A model generated the notes under the pieces. That model worked only from the letters and a program-made list of their open reading frames with translations, did not search any database and was not told where the DNA came from. Below are positions 1 to 7,983 of a stretch of DNA of 48,324 nucleotides, piece after piece (the stretch's first letter is position 1; each line of letters opens with the position of its first letter). The stretch comes from a bacterium (lineage in GTDB: Bacteria; Patescibacteriota; Saccharimonadia; Saccharimonadales; JAGQNK01): assembly GCA_029557815.1 (NCBI GenBank), contig JAKQHX010000034.1, forward strand, positions 1-48,324. Direction: 5' to 3'. The position numbers and the translations under genes are program-made.

Positions 1-1
1 C

Positions 2-253
2 TGTAAAACATGGGATGATTGTCCTCTGATATCAAAGTACATCGTACCTGCTATCAATGCCCTTTCCGGTGCGGTGGGAATTGTTGTCGTCATCATGATT
101 GTCTGGGGTGGAATGCAATATACTTCCGCCAGAGATAATCCACAGCAAGCCGCTGCTGCCAAAGAGCACATCCGTAACGCCCTGTTCGCTCTTGTTATAT
201 ATATATTTATGGTTGCGTTCCTCAACTGGATCGTGCCGGGAGGGGTTTTCTGA
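2..253 (+). CDS. VirB2/TrbC-like (T4SS_pilin-type) pilin, 5'-truncated by window edge
   Basis: Not in ORF track. Frame from nt 2 reads ...CKTWDDCPLISKYIVPAINALSGAVGIVVVIMIVWGGMQYTSARDNPQQAAAAKEHIRNALFALVIYIFMVAFLNWIVPGGVF*. Same TM-GG(M/F)xYxxS-loop-AK-TM pattern as the downstream paralogues. Confidence 0.8.
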   Translation, partial: CKTWDDCPLISKYIVPAINALSGAVGIVVVIMIVWGGMQYTSARDNPQQAAAAKEHIRNALFALVIYIFMVAFLNWIVPGGVF

Positions 254-254
254 T

Positions 255-686
255 ATGCGCAAATTCGTTCTCGGGATGCTCGTAATGGTTAGTATATTTA
301 GCGCCGGTATTGTCTTTATGCCGCGCATAGCCTCCGCTGCAACTGCGGAAGAGTGTACTGGTAATACATCTGTCCCTATCCTGCCAAAGTGGTATAAGTA
401 TATTTCCCATTACTATGATGGAGCAACAAGCTCCTGCGTGGTTGATGCGGAGTTTCCGGGCAGTATCCCCGCGATCCTGCTCGCAATCTTCGAAATATTG
501 CTGCGTATCTCCGGAATCCTTGCCGTAATATTTATCATCTACGGTGGTTTTCAGTACCTGACCAGCACGGGTGAGCCCGACAAGGCAAAAGCCGCCCGGA
601 CAACGATTATCAACGCGCTGGTCGGTATGATGATAGCGATGTTTGCCACGGTTATCGTTAACCTAGTCGGGAGGAACATAGGATGA
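255..686 (+). CDS. VirB2/TrbC-like pilin
   Basis: Start moved to ATG 255 (MRKFVLG..., signal peptide), just after the upstream stop. Cys pair, then IIYGGFQYLTSTGEPDKAKAARTTIINALVG core with two TM helices. Confidence 0.8.
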   Translation: MRKFVLGMLVMVSIFSAGIVFMPRIASAATAEECTGNTSVPILPKWYKYISHYYDGATSSCVVDAEFPGSIPAILLAIFEILLRISGILAVIFIIYGGFQYLTSTGEPDKAKAARTTIINALVGMMIAMFATVIVNLVGRNIG

Positions 687-988
687 GTACATTCGGCGTG
701 CTCAATATCTTGGCGCAAATAAACAAAAGTGACCTGACAGATCTCAACGGCCTACCTACGAGCTTCGGCCAGTCAAATATTGAAAAAGGGTTGACCATTG
801 CGTTTGGCATTGCGGGCGGCATCGCCCTTATCGTCGTGGCATATGGCGGGCTGAAGTTTGTGCTTTCCCAAGGCAACCCCCAGGAAGTAACAAAAGCAAA
901 AAACACTATTATCGATGGGCTTATTGGGCTGGCTGTGATTGTGGCATCTGGTGGCATAGTGGGCTTTGTAGTAACGGCACTGACATGA
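683..988 (+). CDS. VirB2/TrbC-like pilin
   Basis: VAYGGLKFVLSQGNPQEVTKAKNTIIDGLIG core; ATGA overlap with upstream gene. Confidence 0.8.
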   Translation: MSTFGVLNILAQINKSDLTDLNGLPTSFGQSNIEKGLTIAFGIAGGIALIVVAYGGLKFVLSQGNPQEVTKAKNTIIDGLIGLAVIVASGGIVGFVVTALT

Positions 989-1377
989 AAAAGAAAATCC
1001 TCTCACTTCTCATTACTTTTGGTCTGGTTGGATACATCGCTGCACCGGTATCTGTTCTGGCTGTTGACGTACTGAACCCAGTCTGCAAAGACAACCCTGC
1101 TGCTGCCGCCTGTCAAGGAAACACCAACCAGTCGACATCAGGTAATGAGATATATGGTCCAGATGGGATACTTACCAAGGTAGCGAGTCTCGTAGCCGTC
1201 ATAGTTGGGGTCGCGTCTGTGATTATGATTATCATCGGCGGCTTCAAGTACGTGACGTCATCCGGAGATCCCGGAAATATAAAATCTGCCAAGGACACCA
1301 TCCTGTTTGCTATCGTCGGTATTTTGGTAGCGGTGACTGCGCAGTCCATAGTGATTTTCGTACTAAGCAAGTTATAA
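985..1377 (+). CDS. VirB2/TrbC-like pilin
   Basis: Signal peptide, Cys pair, IIIGGFKYVTSSGDPGNIKSAKDTILFAIVG core; ATGA overlap. Confidence 0.85.
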   Translation: MKKKILSLLITFGLVGYIAAPVSVLAVDVLNPVCKDNPAAAACQGNTNQSTSGNEIYGPDGILTKVASLVAVIVGVASVIMIIIGGFKYVTSSGDPGNIKSAKDTILFAIVGILVAVTAQSIVIFVLSKL

Positions 1378-1391
1378 TGTAGCGAGGAAAT

Positions 1392-1766
1392 ATGAAACAA
1401 CTATTCAACAAGCTTCTAGCACTATCACTAATAATTGCGACATTCTTCGTCATTCCCCTGTCGTCTGTGAGTGCGGCGACCAAGGATGACGTATGTGTCG
1501 GTGTCGAGGCTGCGGGTGCGTCCTGTACTGAAAGTGGCACGACAGTCAATGACATTATCGAAGTCGTCGTAAACACACTGAGCGTAATCGTCGGCGTTGT
1601 CGCGGTTATCATGATTATCATCGGCGGCTTCAAGTATGTTACCTCGAGCGGTGATTCGTCGAACGTCCAATCCGCCAAAAACACCATTATGTTCGCCATC
1701 GTCGGCCTCATCATCGTGGCTATGGCACAAGTCATTACCGGTTTTGTTCTCGATAGAACAACTTAG
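1392..1766 (+). CDS. VirB2/TrbC-like pilin
   Basis: RBS GAGG; signal peptide, Cys pair, IIIGGFKYVTSSGDSSNVQSAKNTIMFAIVG core. Confidence 0.85.
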   Translation: MKQLFNKLLALSLIIATFFVIPLSSVSAATKDDVCVGVEAAGASCTESGTTVNDIIEVVVNTLSVIVGVVAVIMIIIGGFKYVTSSGDSSNVQSAKNTIMFAIVGLIIVAMAQVITGFVLDRTT

Positions 1767-1770
1767 GATT

Positions 1771-1801
1771 AGAAACTCTTGTGATACGAGAAACTCTTGT
1801 G
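1771..1801. repeat. 13-bp direct repeat AGAAACTCTTGTG (18-bp period) upstream of the last pilin
   Basis: Copies at 1771-1783 and 1789-1801; the second runs into a TGgTATAAA extended -10-like element. Confidence 0.7.
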
Positions 1802-1842
1802 GTATAAATTAGGACATAAGTATTTAGAAAGGTATAACGAAC

Positions 1843-2259
1843 ATGATCAAAAAGATAAAAGCATTACTAACGAACCTCGGCATCGCAAGCCTGATGCTCG
1901 TACCGGCCTTGGCACCTGCAACTGTGTACGCGGCTCCTCAAATTCAACAAAACTTGTGTGGTGGTGCAGAACAGCTTCAGTTCACGGACACAGCTGGTGA
2001 CTGTGCCGACCCGGATGCTGAAGAAAACGTAAACAACCTCGTAACCAATATCATCAATATCTTCTCTATCGTGGTTGGTATCGTTGCCGTCATCATGATC
2101 ATCTATGGCGGCTTCAAGTACATCACATCTGGTGGTGACTCAGGTAACATCGGTAGCGCCAAAAATACCATCCTGTTCGCCATCGTCGGCCTCATCATCG
2201 TGGCCCTCGCACAAATAATCGTACGCTTTGTCCTATCGCGTGCGACTGCTACGGCTTAA
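1843..2259 (+). CDS. VirB2/TrbC-like pilin (possibly the major subunit, with its own promoter)
   Basis: RBS AAGG; signal peptide, Cys pair, IIYGGFKYITSGGDSGNIGSAKNTILFAIVG core; followed by a terminator. Confidence 0.85.
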   Translation: MIKKIKALLTNLGIASLMLVPALAPATVYAAPQIQQNLCGGAEQLQFTDTAGDCADPDAEENVNNLVTNIINIFSIVVGIVAVIMIIYGGFKYITSGGDSGNIGSAKNTILFAIVGLIIVALAQIIVRFVLSRATATA

Positions 2260-2283
2260 GCTTTACTTACTCTAGCTACAGCA

Positions 2284-2314
2284 CAAAAAACACCCCTGCA
2301 TGGGGTGTTTTTTG
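2284..2314. terminator. Bidirectional intrinsic terminator
   Basis: CAAAAAACACCCC-TGCAT-GGGGTGTTTTTTG perfect inverted repeat with A and T tracts. Confidence 0.85.
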
Positions 2315-2319
2315 TTACT

Positions 2320-2480
2320 TTCGCCGCCGGCCGTCAGGCTCTGCTTGGGGAAACAGGACGGTACGACGCGAAAGCAAGGCTATTGTCGGCTCATCCGTGG
2401 CTTTAGCCTGCAACAAACCCTTCTAAGACGAAAAGAAATCGTCAGCGGCTACTGCCCGGTAAGTAGGTTGCTTCCCCTGG
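2320..2480 (-). ncRNA. Candidate structured non-coding RNA, unclassified
   Basis: No credible ORF. Minus-strand pairings GGGGAAGCA/UGUUUCCCC, UUGUU/GACAA and GGCU/AGCC; the G-U pairs favour the minus strand. TAGAAT -10-like box at 2487-2492. Confidence 0.25.
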
Positions 2481-2500
2481 TGCATTATTCTAAAGAAAAG

Positions 2501-2529
2501 CTTAGCACCCACCAGAAGTGGGTGCTAAG
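2501..2529 (-). terminator. Hairpin downstream of hsp20 with CIRCE-like geometry
   Basis: CTTAGCACCCAC-CAGAA-GTGGGTGCTAAG 12-bp stem followed on the minus strand by CTTTTCTTT; contains TTAGCACCC-N9-GGGTGCTAA. Confidence 0.6.
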
Positions 2530-2554
2530 GACAGCTCACTGCGATGAGTCTTCT

Positions 2555-3034
2555 TTATAAGACCTGAATCTTCTTGACGGTATCCTGCTTCACTTTTGTA
2601 AATGAAACGGTTAGGACGCCATCTTTGAGGACGGCTTCGATTTCGTCCTCTTTCACCGGTACTGGCAGAGCCAGGCTGCGTGAGAATTCGCCCCAGTAAC
2701 ATTCCTGGACAAAGTAGTTTTCTACGTCATCTTCGGTACCGGCCGAAAGTGTTCCGCGAATACTCAATGTGTTGTCGGAAATACTTACATCCAGATCATG
2801 TTTGTTGACGCCGGCGGTACGAGCCTTTACGACGAGCTTTTCTTTGGTTTCGTAGACATCAACGGCTAGCTGGCCCGGTACGGCGTCCTCCTCGTCCCAC
2901 TCGTCTGCTGGAGCAGCTGCTTGAGGGGCGGTTCCGGGATCGTCAGTTGCCATTGGCATGTCGTCTTCGCCGAGAAAAGCAGCGGTCAGTTCGTCTTCCA
3001 TTAACAAATCTTCGTCACGGCTCCGTCTGGCCAT
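2555..3034 (-). CDS. Hsp20/alpha-crystallin small heat-shock protein
   Basis: VDVYET...LSIRG...ECYWGEFSRSLALP...AVLKDGVLTV and C-terminal KKIQV (IxV). Minus-strand promoter TTGCAC-N17-TATACT and RBS GGAGG. Confidence 0.92.
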   Translation of the reverse strand: MARRSRDEDLLMEDELTAAFLGEDDMPMATDDPGTAPQAAAPADEWDEEDAVPGQLAVDVYETKEKLVVKARTAGVNKHDLDVSISDNTLSIRGTLSAGTEDDVENYFVQECYWGEFSRSLALPVPVKEDEIEAVLKDGVLTVSFTKVKQDTVKKIQVL

Positions 3035-3234
3035 AATGTGTTACCCTCCACATATTCTTATTTTCGGACTATTTGCAATTTTTGTTACTCACCAGTATAG
3101 CTAGATTGTTATAGGGGTGCAACAGCCTTAAGGGTTATTTACAACAGTAATTCCTACAACAAACGCCTGAGCGTGACGGTATTATTGGCTTATCCGAATG
3201 CACACACCTGAGTAGCATGACATAATAAATACCA

Positions 3235-3906
3235 ATGTTTATTATAGAAAAACTCATAAACGTTGTGGCACCGCACTATTGCATGGTCTGCGGCTATGAG
3301 GGTGCGGTTGTATGCGCTTGGTGTCTACCGGATTTTGCTGCGCCTCTGCCGGAACGCTGCTACGTCTGCAAGGTGACGACCAAGAATAGTGCAGTATGCA
3401 AGAAGTGTCGACGCAAAAGTTTGATTAGTCACGTTTGGGTCAGGACACAGTATGAAGGGCCGGCAAAACAACTCATTCATGACTTTAAGTTTGGTCGTAA
3501 ATTAGCGGCAGCGGAACCGATTGCGCAGCTCATGGCCGAGTCACTTCCCTTTTTGCCGGCGTCAACCATCGTGGTGCACATACCCACAGCTACGAATCGG
3601 GTACGCAAGCGCGGCTATGACCACGCAGAGAAGATAGCCCGCGCTTTAGCGGGTCGTCTCGGCCTGCATCACGAGACGCTCCTCATGAGAACTACCCAGA
3701 CGCGTCAGGTTGGGGCGAAGCGCATCGAGCGGTTTGCCCAGATGCAAGATTCGTTCAGGGCTAGGCACCCTGAAAAGCTTCAAGAAGCAACGGTTTTGTT
3801 GATAGATGATTTGACGACTACCGGTGCCACGTTGGAGGCGGCTGCCAAATGCCTGAAGTCTGCCGGTGCCAAAACGGTCAACGCCGTCGTATTCGCCCAA
3901 AAATAG
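3235..3906 (+). CDS. comF: ComF family protein (zinc ribbon + phosphoribosyltransferase domain)
   Basis: N-terminal CxxC pairs; RKRGYD; LLIDDLTTTGATL PRPP-binding motif. Confidence 0.88.
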   Translation: MFIIEKLINVVAPHYCMVCGYEGAVVCAWCLPDFAAPLPERCYVCKVTTKNSAVCKKCRRKSLISHVWVRTQYEGPAKQLIHDFKFGRKLAAAEPIAQLMAESLPFLPASTIVVHIPTATNRVRKRGYDHAEKIARALAGRLGLHHETLLMRTTQTRQVGAKRIERFAQMQDSFRARHPEKLQEATVLLIDDLTTTGATLEAAAKCLKSAGAKTVNAVVFAQK

Positions 3907-4381
3907 ATTTCTTTTGGGTAGGTTTTCGGTACACCAAGTCATCTATACGCTGCGGTTCCGTAGGGAAACCGTGCTTCAGCGCATGTACAATGGCTTGTTG
4001 GAGTTGCGGGGTGCGGAATTGTAGCCGCTCAAATGCAGATATGTTTACCCAGGCAAGCTTGTGGGTGTTTGCTTCAAGTCTGTTCATAAAGCCTTCTTCC
4101 GAATCAGCTTGGACTTCGGCCGTTTTGAATGGCGCTACCTCACAAAGATAGATGTACTGTTGGTTGTACGGTGCGGCATGTTCTTCGATGAAAACAAGCC
4201 GCGCTTTGGCGACATCTAGGCCGGTTTCTTCTTTGACTTCGCGCACAAGTGCCTGCTCCATCGTCTCGTCTTCGTTCGCTCTTCCGCCAACAAGTGTGAA
4301 GTATTCACTGCCGTATTTGTTACGGTGCATGGTAAGGAGGCTGTCCCCTTTGATGATAATGGCGCGGGCGGCTTTTTTCAT
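3878..4381 (-). CDS. NUDIX hydrolase
   Basis: Nudix box GGRANEDETMEQALVREVKEETGL. Confidence 0.9.
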   Translation of the reverse strand: MKKAARAIIIKGDSLLTMHRNKYGSEYFTLVGGRANEDETMEQALVREVKEETGLDVAKARLVFIEEHAAPYNQQYIYLCEVAPFKTAEVQADSEEGFMNRLEANTHKLAWVNISAFERLQFRTPQLQQAIVHALKHGFPTEPQRIDDLVYRKPTQKKSIFGRIRRR

Positions 4382-4407
4382 ATCAGTTAGTTACTATGGA
4401 AGAAATC

Positions 4408-4497
4408 TGGCGGAGAGAGAGGGATTCGAACCCTCGGTACCGTTGCCGGCACGCTTGTTTTCAAGACAAGTCCCTTCAACCACTCGGGCACCTCTCC
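4408..4497 (-). tRNA. tRNA-Ser(TGA)
   Basis: Cloverleaf GGAGAGG...CTTGT-CT-TGA-AA-ACAAG, long variable arm, GGTTCGAATCC, encoded CCA. Confidence 0.95.
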
Positions 4498-4564
4498 TAA
4501 TATGCTGGGTAATAATAACCAGGCTATTGTAACACTTTCCACCCCTGTCGTCATCACAGATTGC

Positions 4565-6004
4565 CTAAAAACTCAATCGTTCGACCGGGGCGTAGTTGTC
4601 GGTAAGCAAAATACCAGGCCGTGGGGGCGATATGGATTCACGCATGTCTTTGGTGGTTTCTTGGAGTCGTGACGTACTGTCGGTGGCGATAATGATGAAG
4701 TTTTGTTTGGTATGCAGGCTGACTGTCTCGGCTTGATGGATCGATACCCCGGAAAAAACACTTGCGTAGGTCCTCTGTAGGGATGGGAGGAGCTCGCCAC
4801 CATATTCCGTAGGGGTATTCACGACTACAACACCATCTTTTTGTAGATTTTGTTTGAGCTGCATGACCGCTTCTCTGCTCGTCAGATGAAACGGGGGCGT
4901 GAGCGAATTAAAAGCATCCATGAGTATCAGGTCAAACTTCTCACGACGTGTATTCAAAAACGTTCTCCCGTCTTCGTAATGGATGTGGACGTTTGGCAGG
5001 TCCCTATACCCGAAATACTTTCGTGACAGCCCATCTAATGCCGGGTCAATTTCGGCGACATCTATGGAGACATGTGGGAGTTTTTTGCCTAGCGTCAAGG
5101 GCATCGTATGTGCTCCCCCACCGATTATGAGGATGCGCTTCGCATCTGGCGAATTGAAGACGGTCTGAGCCATGACTTTGGTATATGGAAAAATGAGCTC
5201 CGAGGGGTTATCTGGGTATACACCGGACTGGATACTCCGCTTATCCATGAGAAGCAGATTCGCGGCCTGGCCATTGTACGTCGCTCGAACGACCTGATAG
5301 CGGCTGTAGGCACTGTCGACATCGCTCAAAACCCCCGGCGTTCGACTGGGAGTTATCAAAAGCAGGCCTGTGATGAGCACGACTGAGATGCGTGGCCAGA
5401 CAAACCGTTTCGGGTTTGCCAGGAAAGATGTGGCAATCAGTAATATGACCAGCCAAAGCGTGACACTTCGGGCTCCGAAATACGCCAGCAGCCAATAGCC
5501 ACTCAGAAATGTGCCACCAATACTACCGACCGCGCTCGCCGCCTCCAGCCTTCCGATTGTAGCCCCGGTCGTTTTCAGGGAAGTTACGCGTAATTTGGCC
5601 AGATGGGGAGCGACCATGCCGATAAGCATGCTTGGGGGGCCAAACAAGACAATCGCAGCAACAACTGAACTGAATCGTAGATCGAGCTGCTGCCTGGCGA
5701 CCAGCTCCAGTATCGGCTCTTGCAAGAAAGACATGGCAAGTACAAGGACAGCGGAACCGGCGATAATCAGGCCAAGGTCCTGACGGGTATCGTATTTGTC
5801 CGCTAGCCGTCCTCCATACCAGAGTCCTAAGGATAGCGAGCCTAGGATTACGCCGATCATCGAAGTCCAGACGTACGTGGAGGTGCCAAAGTGTGGCGCG
5901 ATCAGTCGCGCACCAACAATTTCCAGGACCATGACACTCGCACCGGTGAGAAACGATACCAGCTCATAGCGATACGTGCGTATATAGCCCAATAGTGTAT
6001 TCAT
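4565..6004 (-). CDS. Fused membrane (MFS-like)/spermidine synthase-like SAM-dependent protein
   Basis: N-terminal TM region (MVLEIVGARLIAPHFGTS); C-terminal LIIGGG, EIDP, EDGRTFL, DLILMDAF, PFHL, LLTDNYAP motifs. Confidence 0.88.
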   Translation of the reverse strand: MNTLLGYIRTYRYELVSFLTGASVMVLEIVGARLIAPHFGTSTYVWTSMIGVILGSLSLGLWYGGRLADKYDTRQDLGLIIAGSAVLVLAMSFLQEPILELVARQQLDLRFSSVVAAIVLFGPPSMLIGMVAPHLAKLRVTSLKTTGATIGRLEAASAVGSIGGTFLSGYWLLAYFGARSVTLWLVILLIATSFLANPKRFVWPRISVVLITGLLLITPSRTPGVLSDVDSAYSRYQVVRATYNGQAANLLLMDKRSIQSGVYPDNPSELIFPYTKVMAQTVFNSPDAKRILIIGGGAHTMPLTLGKKLPHVSIDVAEIDPALDGLSRKYFGYRDLPNVHIHYEDGRTFLNTRREKFDLILMDAFNSLTPPFHLTSREAVMQLKQNLQKDGVVVVNTPTEYGGELLPSLQRTYASVFSGVSIHQAETVSLHTKQNFIIIATDSTSRLQETTKDMRESISPPRPGILLTDNYAPVERLSF

Positions 6005-6175
6005 AATTTTGTCCGCACGTCGTTGTGTAAACCCTGTCCGTCTATTACTTCTGGCTTCCCTAGAGTGAGCCAGGATATCCTGCGCCTAAAGCAACTCCTC
6101 TCGGGTATGAGTACCTGTTGGTAGGAGCCCCGAAGCCTCCATGCCGTTATCGTTGTGAATATGCCCACAGGCAGG

Positions 6176-6364
6176 TTATTTGGAGCTGATGAAACTAACA
6201 AGCGTGGAGGCCACCAGGGCGATCAGGCCAATACCAGCTACTTTGGTCATGCTGTCGGTGAGCTCTTCCACCGTAATGGTGCCCAGTAACGCAAGCGAAC
6301 CAAATACAGCAGCAATGATGATGAGAAACACTATGATTACTTTGCTTATTGCACCGACTTTCAT
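6176..6364 (-). CDS. Small two-TM membrane protein
   Basis: 62 aa, two hydrophobic helices, RBS AGGGG. Confidence 0.65.
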   Translation of the reverse strand: MKVGAISKVIIVFLIIIAAVFGSLALLGTITVEELTDSMTKVAGIGLIALVASTLVSFISSK

Positions 6365-6385
6365 ACATATCCCCTATTGTTAGAT

Positions 6386-6478
6386 TGGCGGAGAGAGAGG
6401 GATTCGAACCCTCGCGGGAGCTTTCGCCCCCCTAACGATTTAGCAAACCGTCCCCTTCAGCCACTTGGGTACCTCTCC
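6386..6478 (-). tRNA. tRNA-Ser(GCT)
   Basis: ACGGT-TT-GCT-AA-ATCGT anticodon arm, long variable arm, T-loop, CCA. Confidence 0.95.
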
Positions 6479-6520
6479 GTAATATAATTTTAAGGTATTT
6501 TGTGCGCCAAGCGGTATATT

Positions 6521-6575
6521 CGGTTTGCGGGCAAACCGTCCCGCATTCTTCTTTGGGCCACTTGGGTACCTCTCC
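6521..6575 (-). pseudogene. Degenerate duplicate of the 5' half of tRNA-Ser(GCT)
   Basis: 19-nt exact copy GGAGAGGTACCCAAGTGGC (6557-6575 vs 6460-6478), then GGGACGGTTTGC from the anticodon arm; no T arm or 3' end. Confidence 0.7.
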
Positions 6576-6589
6576 TCGTTGGAATGTAA

Positions 6590-6650
6590 TGATGCGGTTT
6601 CCGTGCTGCTGGCAAAACAAGTTTGTCCAGCACCACCAGAAACCTCATCA
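6590..6650 (-). repeat. tRNA-leader stem-loop, family A, copy 1
   Basis: 61-nt imperfect hairpin; apex GCTGGCAAAACAAGTTTGTCCAGCAC (6608-6633) matches 8735-8760 at 25/26 positions. Confidence 0.75.
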
Positions 6651-6664
6651 AGCTTCCTTCTCTT

Positions 6665-6738
6665 CAAAAACTCAAATCCTCTTGAGTTTTTGGATTAGCC
6701 GGCTCCTCTTCAAATTCGAGAACCCTCTCTCGAATTTG
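6665..6738 (-). repeat. Two tandem 28-nt hairpins, family B (GAGGRT loop)
   Basis: 6665-6692 and 6711-6738; each is a perfect 11-bp stem with a 6-nt loop; 46-nt period. Confidence 0.75.
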
Positions 6739-6869
6739 GACAAGCCATTAATTTTGCTTGCTGTAACAGATGGAGATTATAGCAAATTACCTCTTTTATT
6801 ACCATTGTTTGAAACATTCTTAAAATTTCTAGTAGTAAGCATAAAAGGCTTTGCGTTACAATAGATGCT

Positions 6870-7562
6870 ATGCAACCGGGAGAAACTATCACGCCAGGCG
6901 GACAGCCGCCAGAGCAGCAGGACCAACAACAGCCCCCTTCCCCTCTCCCTCAGGAGCAGCCTACTCCGACCCCTGCGCTCCAACCAGAACTACCCCAGGC
7001 CGTGCAACCGCCACAAGGTGCTGTAGCCCAAGAGCCACAGCCAGCCTGGCAGTTTAAGGATGAAGAAAATTACGCCGATCAGCAACCAGCGTCGTTGTCT
7101 ACCGCGGCTGCTGTCAACTGGACGGCATCAGAGTACGTCGCCCACGACAAGAATGCCGGGTGGTATATGCTTGTGATGCTGGCATCCATAGTAGTGGCGG
7201 CGATCGTCTACCTGATAACGCAAGATTTGGTGTCGCCTACTGTGGTCGTAATACTTGGAGGAGCTTTTGCGGTATTTGGTGCACGCCAGCCCCAGGTACT
7301 GGAATACTCTATCGACAACACAGGTATACGTATCGGCCAGAGGCAGTATCCGTATACGATGTTCAGGACGTTTTCTGTCATCGAAGAAGACGCAATGCGC
7401 TCAATATTGCTCATGCCGCTTCAGCGGTTCAATCTGCCTATATCGGTTTACTACGATCCAGCTGACGAGCAGCGAATTGTCGAAGCACTCGCCGCACATC
7501 TTCCCCACGAAGAGCGTGCCGTCGGGCCGATAGACAACCTGATGCGCAAAATTCGTTTCTAG
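6870..7562 (+). CDS. Hypothetical membrane protein (Pro/Gln-rich N-terminus, two TM, C-terminal beta domain)
   Basis: 230 aa; WTASEY...WY-TM-TM; TACAAT 7 nt upstream of ATG. Confidence 0.75.
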   Translation: MQPGETITPGGQPPEQQDQQQPPSPLPQEQPTPTPALQPELPQAVQPPQGAVAQEPQPAWQFKDEENYADQQPASLSTAAAVNWTASEYVAHDKNAGWYMLVMLASIVVAAIVYLITQDLVSPTVVVILGGAFAVFGARQPQVLEYSIDNTGIRIGQRQYPYTMFRTFSVIEEDAMRSILLMPLQRFNLPISVYYDPADEQRIVEALAAHLPHEERAVGPIDNLMRKIRF

Positions 7563-7571
7563 GTTCTTAAG

Positions 7572-7838
7572 ATGCATGAGGCCCAAAACGTTCTGTCGGA
7601 CAAACTAAAAAGAGCCGCCACAGAAGTGAGAATTGGCGGTATCTATAGTCATTATAAAAGGCCAACAGAGACATATAGGGTTGTCAATCTCGCGGTTACT
7701 GAAAGTGATGACGAAGTGTGCGTTGTCTACGAGGCGCAGTATGGCGAAAGGCTTATGTTCGTACGACCCCTAACAAGCTGGCTTGATACGGTTGAACGGG
7801 ATGGCGTACCTGTCGACCGTTTCACCCTACTGGAGTAG
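7572..7838 (+). CDS. DUF1653 family protein
   Basis: GIYSHYK...YRV...VVYEAQYG...FVRPLTSW...RF pattern. Confidence 0.8.
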   Translation: MHEAQNVLSDKLKRAATEVRIGGIYSHYKRPTETYRVVNLAVTESDDEVCVVYEAQYGERLMFVRPLTSWLDTVERDGVPVDRFTLLE

Positions 7839-7896
7839 GGTCCGGCGTTTGGCGGCCTGCGTATAAATACTGGCCTCGCTGTCGACAGGCAGTTTT

Positions 7897-7983
7897 CTAG
7901 TAAAAACGGTCATTATCCAGCTTTAGGATATCGCGCATTTCCCTTCGTTCTTGGCGTTTTTCGAAAAAATCTCGTAGGCCCAT
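7897..7983 (-). CDS. Possible microprotein or truncated gene remnant (28 aa)
   Basis: MGLRDFFEKRQERREMRDILKLDNDRFY*; GGAG RBS and upstream TACAAT; alternative in-frame ATG at 8010. Confidence 0.3.
   Translation of the reverse strand: MGLRDFFEKRQERREMRDILKLDNDRFY

Noticed and set aside
99-254. N-terminal extension of ORF 99..686
   Set aside because: Overlaps the upstream pilin in another frame; the signal peptide starts at ATG 255.
6005-6175. Possible SAM/polyamine riboswitch or 66-aa ORF upstream of the spermidine-synthase-like gene
   Set aside because: Only short hairpins; no riboswitch consensus I can recognise; the ORF has no motif or good start.
6660-6745. Tandem palindromic units as a mini CRISPR array
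   Set aside because: Only two units, stems diverge in sequence, the spacer is too short, and there are no cas genes.
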